DNA from: Octopus vulgaris
Taxonomy: Eukaryota
Assembly (NCBI GenBank): GCA_951406725.2
Contig: OX597839.1
Coordinates: 39,432,001-39,496,000 of the forward strand
Direction of reading: 5' to 3'
DNA length: 64,000 bases
A model generated the notes under the pieces. That model saw only the letters and a program-made list of their open reading frames with translations. It made no database searches and was not told where the DNA came from. A program made the position numbers and the translations under genes. Shown here in pieces: positions 12,618 to 26,391 of this stretch. How positions within the stretch are numbered: position 1 is the first letter of the stretch; each line of letters begins with the position of its first letter.

Positions 12618-13682
12618 CCACATATATACACACAACACTCACGTATCAAATAAATAAACATACATATACACACATATTCTTATCCGTATAAGTATATATA
12701 TGCACAAGCACATACACACACCGACACATGGAAAGCTTCCACAAAGTTTTCATGTGCTGAAGGGCAATTGTCAAGTGAAGGTTATAATAAAAGACATTTT
12801 TGCCCCTGGAGGTGCTGTGCTGCACCGTAGGACTGAACCAAAAACCCTAGAGTCACAAAATGAACTTCAAACCACACAACCACACTTACAACTATATCTG
12901 TATGAGTGTGTGTTTGCAAATGTCACTCAGCTAATGTGGTGGCAGTGGTAACAGTAGTGGTGGTCATATAAGAGTTTGTAATAGTTATGTTGGTAGTATT
13001 AGTAGTAGTAGTTGTAGTGGTAGATGTGGTAGCCGTATCCATAGAAGCAGATGTAGTGATGTTAGTGGTTGTATTAATGATATTAGTAGTGGTTGTGGTT
13101 GTAGTTGTGGTGGTGGTGGTGGTGGTGATAGTTGTAGTGCTGGTTGTATTAGTGATGGTATGAGAGGCAGTAGGGTGGAGTTGGTCCTAAATGCTGGCTT
13201 CTGTCAGCTCAGCTGATCAACATCCTGTCATTAAAAGCTATCATCTCTCCACCCCTGCCCACCACCAACAACTACCACTGCTACCATCACCACCACCACC
13301 ACCATCAATGACAACAACACCAAACACAATCAGCATCATTACTACTATAACAATCCTTTCATTACCAGCCCCATCATCACCACCACCCTTTCTACTACCA
13401 TTACCACTACCTCTACCAACCACCCTCTCCAGTATCCTCATCACCACCATTACTACTACTATCACTGCTGACGCCACTGACTGACTTTCAGTTAAGATTT
13501 CAAGAACCTGGTATTTCCAAAGGAACTTCCTCTCCTTGAAATCGGAAACTATTTTCACATACATGCACGCACTGACTCTGTAACCATACATATTATCGGT
13601 ACACAGTACCATTACCAATATACACACAGATATATAATTTATATATGTCTCTATACATACATATATATAATATATAAACATA

Positions 13683-13864
13683 CTCTTATTTGTTTCAGAC
13701 CCCTTTAGTCGAACAAATTGAACCCAGGACTTATTCTTTGTAAGCCTAGTACTTATTGTGTCTGTCTCTTTTGCCAAAACACTAAGTTACAGGGACGTAA
13801 GCAGACTAACATTGGTTCTCAAGTGATGGAGGAGGTACAAACACAGGCACACACACACACACAT

Positions 13865-13910
<46 letters not shown>

Positions 13911-13975
13911 GACAGGCTTCTTTCAGTTTTCGTCTACCAAATCCACTCTCAAGGCATTGGTCGGCCTGAGGCTAC
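13683..13975 (-). mobile_element. SINE family A, partial
   Basis: Reverse-complement match to the family A body. Confidence 0.8.
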
Positions 13976-14553
13976 ATTAGAAGAAATTCACTGGGGTAGA
14001 CTTCCTAAGATCAGACGCTCTCCCTAGCACCATCCCTTATCTGTCACCAATTAAGAAGCAAGGTTAATATTCTTTTTTGTTCATCAAACACGAACATCTC
14101 AACAGCCAGACATTTTTTCATGGTAGCTTGCAAAGAAACAACATTGTGTGTATGATGATGATGTTAGCTTGCGATTAGCATGCAATGTCAAGACGCAAAC
14201 ACACACAAACGAACAGAGATATATATAGCAGGTTTCCACATATTTCCCATGTATCAAATGGACTTGTAAGAGTTCAATTGGCCTGGGGGGACACAAGCGA
14301 AGATAACTTATCTAAGGTGCTGCACAGTGGAACTGAACCTGAAATCATGTGGTTGTTAAGGTGAACCTCATAACAATACAGCCACACCTGCATGTGCGCA
14401 TGTATACGTATGCGTGTGTGTATATATATATATATACACACACACACAAACATTTGTACATATATATATATATATATATTTCTATGTGTATATATATTGG
14501 TGATAGCAGAGTGTGTGTATAAACATATATACATATGTGATAGCGGTTAGCAC

Positions 14554-14588
<35 letters not shown>

Positions 14589-14613
14589 GCTGTGGCAGTA
14601 GTGTGTGTGGGTG

Positions 14614-14653
<40 letters not shown>

Positions 14654-15357
14654 CAGCTATGATGAGGTATGTTTGTGTTTATAACGATGTATTTCACCAG
14701 TAATTACATCAAATACAACAAATGTTATTACAAGGTGGGCAGTATTGGCGGAAGCACCATCATACTACCACCACCACCACCACTACTACTACTACAACAA
14801 CATTACTATTTCCATCTCCTCAACTGGCACTACTACCATAGCCACAACCAACACAAGATCATCATGCCTGACTCATGAACTGTCATAACCCTCAACCACT
14901 ACCACCATTCCCACTATGACCACCACTACTCAACTCCCAGCAGCGCCACCACCGCTACAACATTTAACAGTGCCACCATATCCATAGCTATTTCTTCCCC
15001 TCCCCACTGAACAAAACCACCACCACCACCACCACTAAAAACGTGATCATCATCATTACCACCATCACCTCCATCCATCATACCACAACATTAACCATCA
15101 CCTTCACCACCACCACAACACACCCTCACCACCACTGCCACAACTAAGTCATCGCAGCACAACTACATCACACCACTATCACCACCACCACTACCACCAC
15201 CGCCACCACCACCACCACCAAATTTTATCAAACGCCTGAGATAAAAGTCAAGTCTGCTACTATTAATGGGGCTGCTTATTATTATTATTATTATTATTAT
15301 ATTTTTCCTTATTTTTATTTGCTTATAAGTTTACCAAAATTACTACTTTCCTTTAAA

Positions 15358-15410
15358 AGTGTGTGTGTGTGTGTGTATATATACGTATGGATGTATATAT
15401 ATATGTATGC

Positions 15411-15447
<37 letters not shown>

Positions 15448-15475
15448 TATATATATATACATATATATATGTATG

Positions 15476-15507
<32 letters not shown>

Positions 15508-15680
15508 ACATATATATATATACATATATATATGTATGTATATGTATATATATATATACATATATATATATACAATATATATATATACACATATATATAC
15601 ATATATATATATATATACATATATATACATACATATATATATATATACATATATATACATACATATACTATTATATTATA

Positions 15681-15716
<36 letters not shown>

Positions 15717-15855
15717 CATATATATACATATATATACATATATATACATACATATATATATATACATACATATATATATATACATACATATATATATATA
15801 CATACATATATATATATACATACATACATATATATACATACATACATATATATAT

Positions 15856-15909
<54 letters not shown>

Positions 15910-15920
15910 GTATATATATG
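15358..15920. repeat. Long compound (TA)n/(TACA)n microsatellite
   Basis: About 560 bp of TA repeat with TACA interruptions. Confidence 0.95.
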
Positions 15921-16229
15921 TCTGTTGTGTTTTGTGTGTGCATGTATATACCATTGTAATCACCTCGCCATCCATGGAGCTGGCCAGTCACCATCCATCA
16001 TCTGTGTGTGTGTGTGGGGGAGAGTGTATTAGAATGGAGGTGAGAGATACAAAAATGGGTGCAGCCTCATCTTATCTCTTGCTCTTGTCCGCCTTCTTTT
16101 TCCCTTTCTTTCTTTCTCTTTCTCCTTTTCAGACATTCTTTCAATATGCTTTGATATAAGCATACACACAAACACATATACATGAGTGTGTCTGTGTGTG
16201 TGTTTGTGTATGTATGTATGAATATGTAC

Positions 16230-16272
<43 letters not shown>

Positions 16273-16382
16273 TATATAGAGACATATATAGATATATATT
16301 TATACATATATACATATGTTTAAATATATATATACATAAATACATACACGGATATATATATATATATATATATACGCATACA

Positions 16383-16423
<41 letters not shown>

Positions 16424-16686
16424 ATATACACATGCAGACATATATATATATGTACACACACACACATATATACACATATATGCGAATGGAGAGATAAGTC
16501 TAAGTAGAGTGTGCGAGGCAAAACTAGCTAAAAACAAAAGAACACCAAAAAAAAATGAACTCAATGCAGTTGTAGAGTAAAGACCACATTATCAAAATGA
16601 AGAAAGTACATGAACCTTCCCAATGCCCTGTAGCATTACCCAGCTTCCAATGTAGTAAGTCACCGAGAAGGAATTATTCATATGCT

Positions 16687-16849
16687 CTAGCGTAGCTAGT
16701 GTGTGTGCCAACAGGGGCGGCCCTTCTGTTTGCCACCCCTACCCCACAAAACAACACATATTGCCCACAGCAGACCCAAAAGTGCTGCCCTTTTAAAAGT
16801 GAGCCCTGGGCCAGACCACCCCTACTGCCCCACTCCTTAATTATGCTAG
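16687..16849. mobile_element. Decayed MITE-like element
   Basis: Left end CTAGCGTAGCTAG; right end TTAATTATGCTAG matches its reverse complement at 9/13, and all mismatches are transitions. GC-rich interior. Confidence 0.45.
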
Positions 16850-17149
16850 TGTTTATATGTAACATACATAAGAAGTAAGAATAGATATTTAGTAGACAGT
16901 CTACCAGGTTGGTAGAAAAAGTTACATAGATATGACTTAGAGAAAAGAGAAATGGACACTTTTGTATAATTGTATATAGGCTTAGGTATGACTGTGAGGT
17001 TAAGAGGCTCGCTTGGCAAGCTTGTGGTTTTGGGTTCAGTCCTACTGCCCAGCACCTTGGGCAAGTGTCTGCTACTATACTCCCAGGTCAACCAATGTGT
17101 TGTGAGTGAATTTAGTAGATAGAAACTGTGTGGAAACCCATCACACATA

Positions 17150-17392
17150 TCATCATCTTTGTTTAATGTCTGCTTTCCATGCTGGCATGGGTTGGGATGG
17201 TTCGACTGAGGTCTGGCAAGCCAGGAGGCTGCACCAGGCCCTAATCTGATCTGGCAAGGTTTCTACAGCTGGATGCCTTTCCTGATGCCAATCACTCTGT
17301 GAGTGTAGTGGGTGCTTTTTATGTGCCACTGGCATGGGAGTCAATCAGGCAGCACTGGCATCAACCACGTTCAGATGGTCCTTTTTATGTGC
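17150..17392 (-). mobile_element. Family C retroposon
   Basis: Reverse-complemented (GAT)n tail and GGATGCC(C/T)TTCCT motif. Confidence 0.8.
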
Positions 17393-18816
17393 CCCTGTAA
17401 CAAGCATAAGAGTTCAGCAAAAGATACTAATAGGAAAAGCACCCAACTTTAAAAAACACTGGGGCCGATTTTTTTTACTAAACCCTTCAAGACAGTGCCC
17501 CAGTATGGCTGCAGTCTAATGTCTGAAACAAGAGAGATGATAAAAGCTATTTAGAAAGAGTGATACCAACTTTTCTAAGTGCTGAAATCACAATGCTTCT
17601 GGGAAGAAAGTTGGGTGATGAAATGGATTTAACCCTGACTGTCCTTTGCCCTTTACGTTAGTTGTTGTACATGTCCTTGACCTTTATTTTGAATTTATAT
17701 AAGTGTCAGAGTGTGTATGAAAAACACAGTTGTCATGTCACAATGTTTGAAAATAAACATAATTTGTTGGGTTTTTGGAATTACATAGAATTGGCATTGA
17801 TATGAATGATGGGGGGCATGTATAGAAACTCAAATGGCTGATGAATAACAAGAGAAAGAAAGAAAGAAAGGGAAAGGAAAATAAAACAATGAGGAATAAA
17901 GAACAGGCAGAAGAGTGAAGAGGAGGCGAAAGGGTGAAGAAGAAGGAGCAATTGAGAAGGGAAGGCGCAGAATTTGATCTCAAAGGAAACATTAAAATCT
18001 ATAGATTTTAAAACGAAAAAAAAAAAAAAAAACAAACCAAACCTTTTTGAATGAAGTGATTGATAGATGGGGGGGGGAAAAAATGAAAAAGATAAAAAGG
18101 CGGGGAGGGGGTGAGGAGAAGATTAAAGAATGTAATAAGTGTAGAAATGAAAACTATGGCCCGGACTATTGTGAAATATGCTGTTTTAAAGACAAGTTAC
18201 ATAGTAGTTATTTAGAAAAGAGCTGATAATAGAAGGAGAAAGAAAAAAGAACATAAATAACTTTAAATCTGTTGAAAATTTATTGAAAGGGGTGGTCGTG
18301 GAGGAGGAGGATGAGAAAGCTACATAAAACGATAATTGTCAAGTGTTGAATGTAACAGTATCAATTAATTATAAGAAATTATTCATGTACGAACGTTGAT
18401 AGATGATGAATGTAACAAGGGGGAAGTAAATCTATTGTGTTTTTTTTTAAATACAAAAATATATAATTAAGTATTGGTTAGAGGATAGGTCTGGTAATTT
18501 TTCACTTTTGTCTACAAAATGAAGTAAGTTCAGATTGTCTATTAAGTATATTTATATCACAGAATTAAAGTGCATGTTTTAACAGGGATGCATAAATTAG
18601 AAAAGTCAGTGATTTGCTTCTCAGTATCTAGTCTGCATCTTATTTTATGTTGATATTTGTGTGGTTATGCTTTTAAGTTGCAAATATAGTTCAATAAAGT
18701 AGCATCTGCTCATGTGGCTGAGATTCTGAAGGTATGTGAGTGTCAGTTATACCTTATTTTGAATGGATTTGCTATTAAACAGTATCCTCTTTAATGTTTG
18801 TTACACTTTCACTTAC

Positions 18817-18899
18817 AGTGGGGACACATTTGCAATGAACAAAAAGAGCCAGTAAAACACCAAAAGGTCGACAGAAGGAATCCAAACTTCAGGGAACAT
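18817..18899 (-). CDS. Candidate first coding exon of a host gene (signal-peptide-like); exon probably 18817-18998
   Basis: ATG at 18899, preceded by in-frame stops, reads MFPEVWIPSVDLLVFYWLFLFIANVSP(L). It ends at a consensus donor CT|GTAAGT (phase 2). Upstream acceptor GACAG|G at 18999/18998. Lies in a ~1.5 kb island free of SINEs and TA repeats. Confidence 0.5.
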
Positions 18900-19091
18900 A
18901 ATCCCTGCTTATCATACACAAATACACACACTATTTCAAAGAAAATGTGGGCTTGGATCATCATGTGAATGATTAAAAAGAGTACTGGAATGAGGAACCT
19001 GTCGGTCATAATATATTAAAGAATACTCTACATTATAAATGGGGTCCTATAATTTATCACTTCTGGTGAATCAACATATAATAAAAGGATA

Positions 19092-19428
19092 AAGACCCCC
19101 TTCAGTCATGAATGACTATGGGATGCACCTAGAAAGTACCCCTCTGAAGCACAAGTCTGGGCAAGGTTCTTTATGGAAGACCAGCAGTCGCCCATGCATA
19201 CCAGCCCCCCATATGTCCATACCACCAATGTTACCAAAAGGAAAGACAAAGGCTGATACAGCTTGGCACCAGTGACGTCGCCACTTATTTCCACAGGTGA
19301 GTGAACTGAAGCAATGTGAAATAAAGTGACTTTTGAAGAACACAACACAAAGCCTGATCTGGGAATTGAACTCACTACTTCATGATAGTGAGCCTGATGC
19401 TTTAACCATTAAGCCATGCACATTCACA
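19092..19428 (-). mobile_element. tRNA-derived SINE, family E-like head with a different tail
   Basis: Homologous to 35897-36232 (+); shares the GGAAGACCAGCAGTC(G/A)CCCATGCATACC segment. Confidence 0.75.
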
Positions 19429-19459
19429 TATATATCAACACAAATATATATATATGATA

Positions 19460-19855
19460 GCTGTCCACTCGTAACTGAGGAAGACCACTGCTGATCTTCA
19501 GGAACATTGTGCGCTCTAGGACTAATATTTTGCATTTGCAGCTCCGTTGGTGGCTAATGAGCCCTGCTCTTCACAAGCATACACACCTGCAAACATTGCA
19601 AACCAAGCTTTCCTCATTCACTACACCAGCAGTGTGCTTTCGGACAGTACGCTTAAATTCTTCATGCAGAATACGGGCTCTCTCAAAAGTGTCGATTCCC
19701 TCCTTAAATTACTTCCTCCATCTGTGGCGATGACAGACATTGCTCTCCCAGTCAGCCTCCTGCATATCACAGGCCCTTAATGAGGACTTGACACAGTCGT
19801 TAACTTACAGCCTTGGTTTCTGCCGGGCTCTCTTACCATTCACAAGTTCTCCATA
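19460..19855 (-). mobile_element. RTE-clade LINE 3' end (pseudogenised ORF C-terminus with zinc-finger-like motif)
   Basis: Minus strand translates YGELVNGKRARQKPRL*VNDCVKSSLRACDMQEADWESNVCHRHRWRK*FKEGIDTFE...LVCNVCRCVCL*RAGLISHQRSC, with three in-frame stops. Confidence 0.88.
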
Positions 19856-19864
19856 TAGTATCTG

Positions 19865-19921
<57 letters not shown>

Positions 19922-20437
19922 CATACACATACTATTACTTACTCACATATAAATCAAACTGTTTGACACTTGATTCTAATTGGAAAAACTGATATGGGAT
20001 TGTACATTGAGCAAAAAGCTGACATCTAGTTTGAATATAAAAGGGAACAATCTTCTGTACCAAGATTTACCTCTACATTAAGGATGCAACATGTATATGA
20101 GTAGATACAGTATATCATACATATATAACGGCAGAGTTTAGCAAGTACCTGAAGAGGTGTCTCAGTACACGATTCAGCCGTGGGTGAACTTATACAGTTC
20201 GTACAGGTCTTGTGTAATTCATGACATAAATCATTTATATTCAATGTGATTCGAAGTGGAATGCTACAGAAACAATTGTAAGCAATATCAAAACATATGT
20301 TATATTGATATGTTTTTGCCATGTCTTCTCTGTGTGTGTACATATATATATATATGGATGGATAAACATTTATGTATCCATATACATATATACATATATA
20401 TATATAAACATGTAAAAGCATGGATACGTGTGTGTTT

Positions 20438-20474
<37 letters not shown>

Positions 20475-20597
20475 TATAGATATATTTATATATAATGATA
20501 GAATTCTAGAATTCTGTCAATTTGTTCTGTCCTTGGAGAAAGAATTCTGTTTACAGAAAAAAGTTATTAATATTTATATTCAGTGTTTTCATTGTGT

Positions 20598-20598
20598 C

Positions 20599-20680
<82 letters not shown>
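20598..20680 (+). repeat. (TTA)n microsatellite
   Basis: About 27 perfect units. Confidence 0.97.
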
Positions 20681-21143
20681 CATCGTTGTCGTCATTATTA
20701 TCATCATCATTTCAACAATTTTTACATAAAGATGAATTTCCAGTTATTAATATAAATGCATGTAGGTACGTATGAATATGGATGGATGGGTAGGAGAGAA
20801 GGTGGATGGAAGGATGGAGGGGTTGGGAAGATGGAGAGGTTGAAAGGGGTGGGGTGGGGTGGAGGAGGGGATTTTTCACTGTGTAAATGTGTGAAGTTCC
20901 CAAGAGAAGATAGATTTGAGAGAAGAAGCATGGTGTTGATTGGTGGAGAGAGAGAGTGAGAGAGAGAGAGAGATGGGGTGGTGGGGGGCAGAGTGAATTT
21001 ATGAAATCCTATTTCATAAATAAAAATTTCTATGGATGTAATTAAGTCATACATTATTGAGAAAAATAAACATTATATTTGTATGTGTCTGTGTGTCTGT
21101 ATATGTATATATAGATATGTATGTGTATATATATGTGTGCGTG

Positions 21144-21178
<35 letters not shown>

Positions 21179-21685
21179 ATGTATTTATATATATGAATGT
21201 ATGTATATACACATATGTGCATGTATACATATTTAGATATACAGTATATATGTGTATGTATATATAACATATGGTATATATAATGTATATATGTATGCGC
21301 ATATGTGCGAAGACAGTCTCTCTCTATATATATGTATGTATGTATGTATGTATAAAATCCTTTCCATTCTTGATGTATTACCATGTTGCCATACAATAAT
21401 TTCCACATGCATACACACACACATGGACATACAAATAAATATACACACACAGGAATATATGCTCTCCATTTCTTATTATATAGCATCATTTCTTGTTTTC
21501 ATATATTTCTTAAAAATCTAACAGTTATATATATATATATACATATATTATATGTGTGTGTGTGTATATACGGTCACATATATCTTGTCCTTACAATTTA
21601 CATATAAACACTCGCCATAACTGGAACACACATTTGTTGCATTTGTTTCGATATCTGTGTGTCAGTGTATATAAATCTGTATAAT

Positions 21686-22120
21686 AGGCGCAGGAGTGGC
21701 TGTGTGGTAAGTAGCTTGTTTACCAACCACATGGTTCCAGGTTCAGTCCCACTGCGTGGCATCTTGGGCAAGTGTCTTCTGCTATAGCCCCGGGCCGACC
21801 TATGCCTTGTGAGTGGATTTGGTAGACGGAAGCTGAAAGAAGCCTGTCGTATATATGTATATATATATATACATATATATGTGTGTGTGTGTGTGTGCGC
21901 GTGTGTGTGTGTTTGTATGTCTGTATGTCCCCCTAGCATTGCTTGACAATTGATGCTGGTGTGTTTACGTCCCCGTAACTTAGCGGTTCGGCAAAAGAAG
22001 ACCGATAGAATAAGTACTGGGCTTACATAGAATAAGTCCCAGGGTTGATTTGCTCGACTAAAGGCAGTGCCCCAGCATGGCCACAGTCAAATGACTGAAA
22101 CCAGTAAAAGAGTAAAAGAG
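21686..22120 (+). mobile_element. SINE family A, full length (tRNA head, CORE-like segment, microsatellite, CR1-like tail)
   Basis: AGGCGCAGGAGTGGCTGTGTGGTAAG...GGTTCAGTCCC...CTTGGGCAAGTGTCTT...GCATGGCCACAGTCAAATGACTGAAAC..AAAAGAGTAAAAGAG. May be one of the described Octopus OK/OR1/OR2 families; not verified. Confidence 0.92.
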
Positions 22121-22189
22121 TATATGAATGTACAAGGTTTCCCTCTTTTGGTTTCTTTCCCATCTCTCTGTGTCTCTGTGTGTGTGTAT

Positions 22190-22872
22190 AGGCACAGGTG
22201 TGGCTGTGTGGTAAGAAGATTGCTTACCAACCCCACATGGTTCCGAGTTCAGTCCCACTGAGTGGCGCCTTGGCCAAGTGTCTTCTACTATAGCCTTGGG
22301 CTGACCAAAGCCTTTTGAGTGGATTTGGTAGATGGAGACTTTTTCACTTCCTGAGCCTTATACTAATACATCTGTTTGTTGTCTACACCACCTGTCTTTG
22401 TCTTATATTTTTGGTGAATTCTCCCTAGTGGGTGCTTTTTAGGTGGCACGTAAAAAGCACCCACTACACTCACGGAGTGGTTGGCGTTAGGAAGGGCATC
22501 CAGCCGTAGAAACACTGCCAGATCTGACTGGGCCTGATGAAGCCTTCCATCTTCACAGACCCCAGTTGAACCATCCAACCCATGCTAGCATGGAGAACGG
22601 ACGCTAAATGATGATGATGATGATATATATATATATATATATGTGTATATATAGCTATGTGTGTGTGTTTGTCCCCCCTAGCATTGCTTGACAACTGATA
22701 CTGGGGTGTTTACATTCCTATAACTTAGTGGTTCGGCAAAAGAGACCGATAGAATAAGTACTAGGCTTACAAAAAATAACTCCAAGGGCCGATTTGTTCA
22801 ACTAAAAGGCAGTGCTCCAGCATGGCCGCAGTCAAATGACTGAAACAAGTAAAAGAGTAAAAAGAGTAAGAG
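22190..22872 (+). mobile_element. Nested composite: SINE A head, PLE-like fragment (22338-22427), family C (22441-22624), SINE A tail
   Basis: The two SINE A halves are separated by pieces matching 61865-61958 (reversed) and family C. Confidence 0.75.
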
Positions 22873-22877
22873 TATAT

Positions 22878-22912
<35 letters not shown>

Positions 22913-24519
22913 CATACACAAACACACACATACATGTCTACATATATATGTTCATATATATATATACATACATATATATGATACATACACACACACATGT
23001 ATGTGATAAGCTTCCACACACTTTCTCTCAACCACATTTACTCACAAGAAATTGGTTGGCCTGGAGCAATAGCAGAAGACAACTGCGCAAGGTGGCATGC
23101 ACCGGGGGCTGAACTCAAAACCACATAGTTGCAAAGCCAATTTGACAACGATGCTCTGTGCCTGTAGAATTTTTTCAATCCGACTTCAATGAATCGATGA
23201 GTTACTATGCTATTTGCATGAGCCTTTGTGACCTTGAACAAAGTGTGCAAACAGCAATGCTATATCATCCTTGCATTCTGATGATGAGAGTGAAAAGGCC
23301 TTGAAATGTTAATGGATTAATGGATTTCGGAAGGCTATTGTTCCTAACTAAACACAGAAGAAACATAAAAGACCTAATGAGGGAATAGGAAGGATTCTAA
23401 ATTGAAAAGATTAAACTCAAACACATTTGGGGCTTTCATATAATATGTACACACACACACGTGCATATATACACGTTCAATCATATATATACATACACAC
23501 ACATATATAGACATATATATACACATCCACACACACATATACGTATACACTATCACATATACATATATCCATACTTAAACATGTACAGAGACATGCAAAC
23601 ACACACACACGTGTGTGTGTGTGCCTGTCTCTGTAAACACACATACACACATATATATATATATATACACACACACATATAGATATATATATATATATAC
23701 ACATCCACACACACATGTATACACAATCACATATACATATATCCATATTTAAACATGTATAGAGACATGCACACACCCACACATACATACATGCACACAC
23801 AAGAACAACCACATGTATATGTACACACATACAAACACACATATCTGCATACATACACACATACATATATATATGCAAATATATGCCCACATGTGTGTGT
23901 ATATATATATATTATATAGGTGTACACATATACATACATACATGCAAGCACAAACACGTACACACACACAGCAACATATATACACATATCTGTATACATA
24001 CACACACACCCACATTTCTATATGTAAATATATGCCCACACACATACATACATGCACAAACACATGTATATGTATACACACACACACAACACACACACAT
24101 GTATATATACCCGAGTGTACTTATGAGAGTGATTATACAAGCGATAAATTTTTTTTTTTTTTTGCTTGAAATATTTTAACGGAAAAAACCCAGGACATAA
24201 ATATTCCACAAAATATTTATATAAAAAAAAGAAAATGGTAAAAACAAAACTAAGAAACAAAAACTATAAAAATAAGAAAAATGAAAGAACAAAAAACGTC
24301 CTAAAATAGGATAAAACAAGAGGAAAATAACTGGACTGTAGTGGATGACTGATAATGGTTTTTGGTGGTGGAATGGGGTGCAAGGGTAGGTGGGGTGGGG
24401 GTGGGGGGTGGGGGAGTGAGGCCAGCTAAAAGAACAACCAACAATGACATCACTATGAAGTTTTAGAGACAATGTGGGATAATTGGTGTATGAAGGGAGT
24501 GGTGGGAGGACGGTGTGGT

Positions 24520-25520
24520 GTGGAGGGTGAGGAGAAGAAGAAGAATGAGGTGAAGAAGAAAAAGAAGTATGAGAAGAATGAGAAAAAGAAGGAGGAAGAG
24601 GAGAAGAAGAACAAGAATGAGAAGAAGAAAAAAATGAAAAGAATGTGTGGTGCTGTGAAGGGTGAGAAGAAGAATGAGAAGTACAAGAAGAAGAAGGAGG
24701 AGGAGGAGAAGGAGAGGAGGAGGAGAAGGAGAGGAAGAAGAAGGAGAAGAAGGAGGAGGAGGAGAAGAAGAAGAAGAATGAGAAGAAGAAGAAGGTGAAA
24801 TGAAGACATAAGAGGATGAAGAGCAGCAACAAGAACATGAAGGAAAGAGAGTTGGAGGGGAGAAATGATGAGTGAGGGAGATGAGGAAGAGATGATGGAG
24901 AAGAGGAAGAGGATGAGAAGAATGTGAAGGAAAGAATGTGAATAAGACGAGAAGATGAAGAGCAACAATATGAAGGAAAGAGGGTAAGAAGAAGTGAAAT
25001 ATGAGGAAGAAGAGAAGGTAGAGAGAGAATGAAGATGAGAAGAATGTGAAGGTGAAGGAAAGTGAAGGAAAAAGAAGAATGTAAAGAAGATGAAGATAAA
25101 TGATAACATGAAAGAAAAGAATAAGAGGAAAAATCGAAGTATGAGGAAGATGAGGAAGAGAGAATGAAGGAGGAGGAGAAGGAGGCAGAGAAGAATGTGA
25201 AGAGAAGAGAGAAGAAAACAGATGAGAGAATGAAGAAGAAAAAGGAGGAGGAGGAGGCAGAGAAGAATGTGATAGAGAAGAAAAAGATGAATGAGAGAAT
25301 GAAGAAGAGGAAGACAGATGAGAAAAATGTGAAGAAAATAGAGAAAGAATGAGAAGAATGAAAGACAAAGGGGATGAAAATGAAGAAGAATGAGAAGGAA
25401 AAAGAGAGGGGGGTTGGGACGTGGAGGAAGGACAATAGCAGCAAGGCAAATGAGGAGTAAAAAGAGGGGAAGAAAATAAGGAAGAGAGAGGGAGAGGGGG
25501 AGAGAGAGGGAGGAGGGTAG
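24520..25520 (+). repeat. Polypurine (GAA/GAG/GA-rich) low-complexity tract
   Basis: About 1 kb that is almost C-free; source of the long F/S/L-rich minus-strand ORFs. Confidence 0.95.
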
Positions 25521-26020
25521 AGTATTTATGATGGAATTAATTAAGGTCCACAATCAATGGGGTTAGGGATTAGAAATAATTTCAAATAAAATTTTAAGTT
25601 TTTATTGACATGTCAACATGACTGGGTCAAACGGCATTCATATACAGAACAAAAGGTCACTGGCACCAGTGAAGGTCAGTGGCCTAGTGGTTAAGGGTGT
25701 TGCACTTAAGATCGCAAGATCATGGTTTCCATTCGTGGACTGGGCAGTGCATTGTGTCCTTGAGCCAAAACACTTCATCTCACATTGTTCTGCGATCACT
25801 TCGACGTCTGATATATGGCACAATGTGCCCCTGTTCAGACAACAATAATTTGATGGAGGGCGTGAGATGATGTATAGCACAAGTATTTGATCACTATCAA
25901 CAAATCATCAGAGCAGGAGGTCATTCAGCAAGAAGTTTCAGAACCTTCATTTGTCATTTACAAATAATGAGGAGAACCCACAATAGTCCAGCACACACAC
26001 GCACACACACACATCCATAG

Positions 26021-26390
26021 GGCCTTAGAGTCAACCTAGCTAAAACCAAAGTCCTAGTAAGTAGGAAGGCAGACAAACCACAAATCCCTTCAGGTAGATG
26101 GCCCTGCTCGATCTGTAGAAAAGGCATAGGTAGAAACTCTACAAGATGTACCCAGTATAAGTTATGGACACATAAGAGGTGCAGCAATGTCAAAGGAAGG
26201 CTAACTGGGAGGATAGTTTTTGTATGTGGCAGATGCTCAGGAGCAATAAACACTGAAAATGTGCAGCGAACAACTTCCGCCACATTTCAGGGAGAAAAAC
26301 TAGAAGTAGTTGATAGCTTCCATTACCTAGGTGACCAATTCAGTAGCAGGGGTGGGTGCTCTGAAAGTGTAGCTGCTAGAATAAAAATAA
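26021..26390 (+). mobile_element. RTE-type LINE reverse transcriptase fragment with an embedded PHD-like Cys/His finger
   Basis: Open frame GLRVNLAKTKVL...GRWPCSICRKGIGRNSTRCTQYKLWTHKRCSNVKGRLTGRIVFVCGRC...GEKLEVVDSFHYLGDQFSSRGGCSESVAARI, covering the RT motifs GL.VN..KTK and F.YLG. Confidence 0.9.
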
Positions 26391-26391
26391 A

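Noticed and set aside
15319-16580. YI/HT/CV-repeat ORFs here and throughout the window
   Set aside because: They are translations of TA/CA/TG microsatellites.
20244-20286. Hammerhead-like 3' half GAAAC-AAUU-GUA
   Set aside because: No CUGANGA core or stem I partner can be placed. Similar unsupported remnants lie at ~7000, 29250, 38372 and 46740.
24176-25553. 422, 366 and 328 aa minus-strand ORFs
   Set aside because: All three frames are open because the polypyrimidine strand lacks stops; low complexity only.
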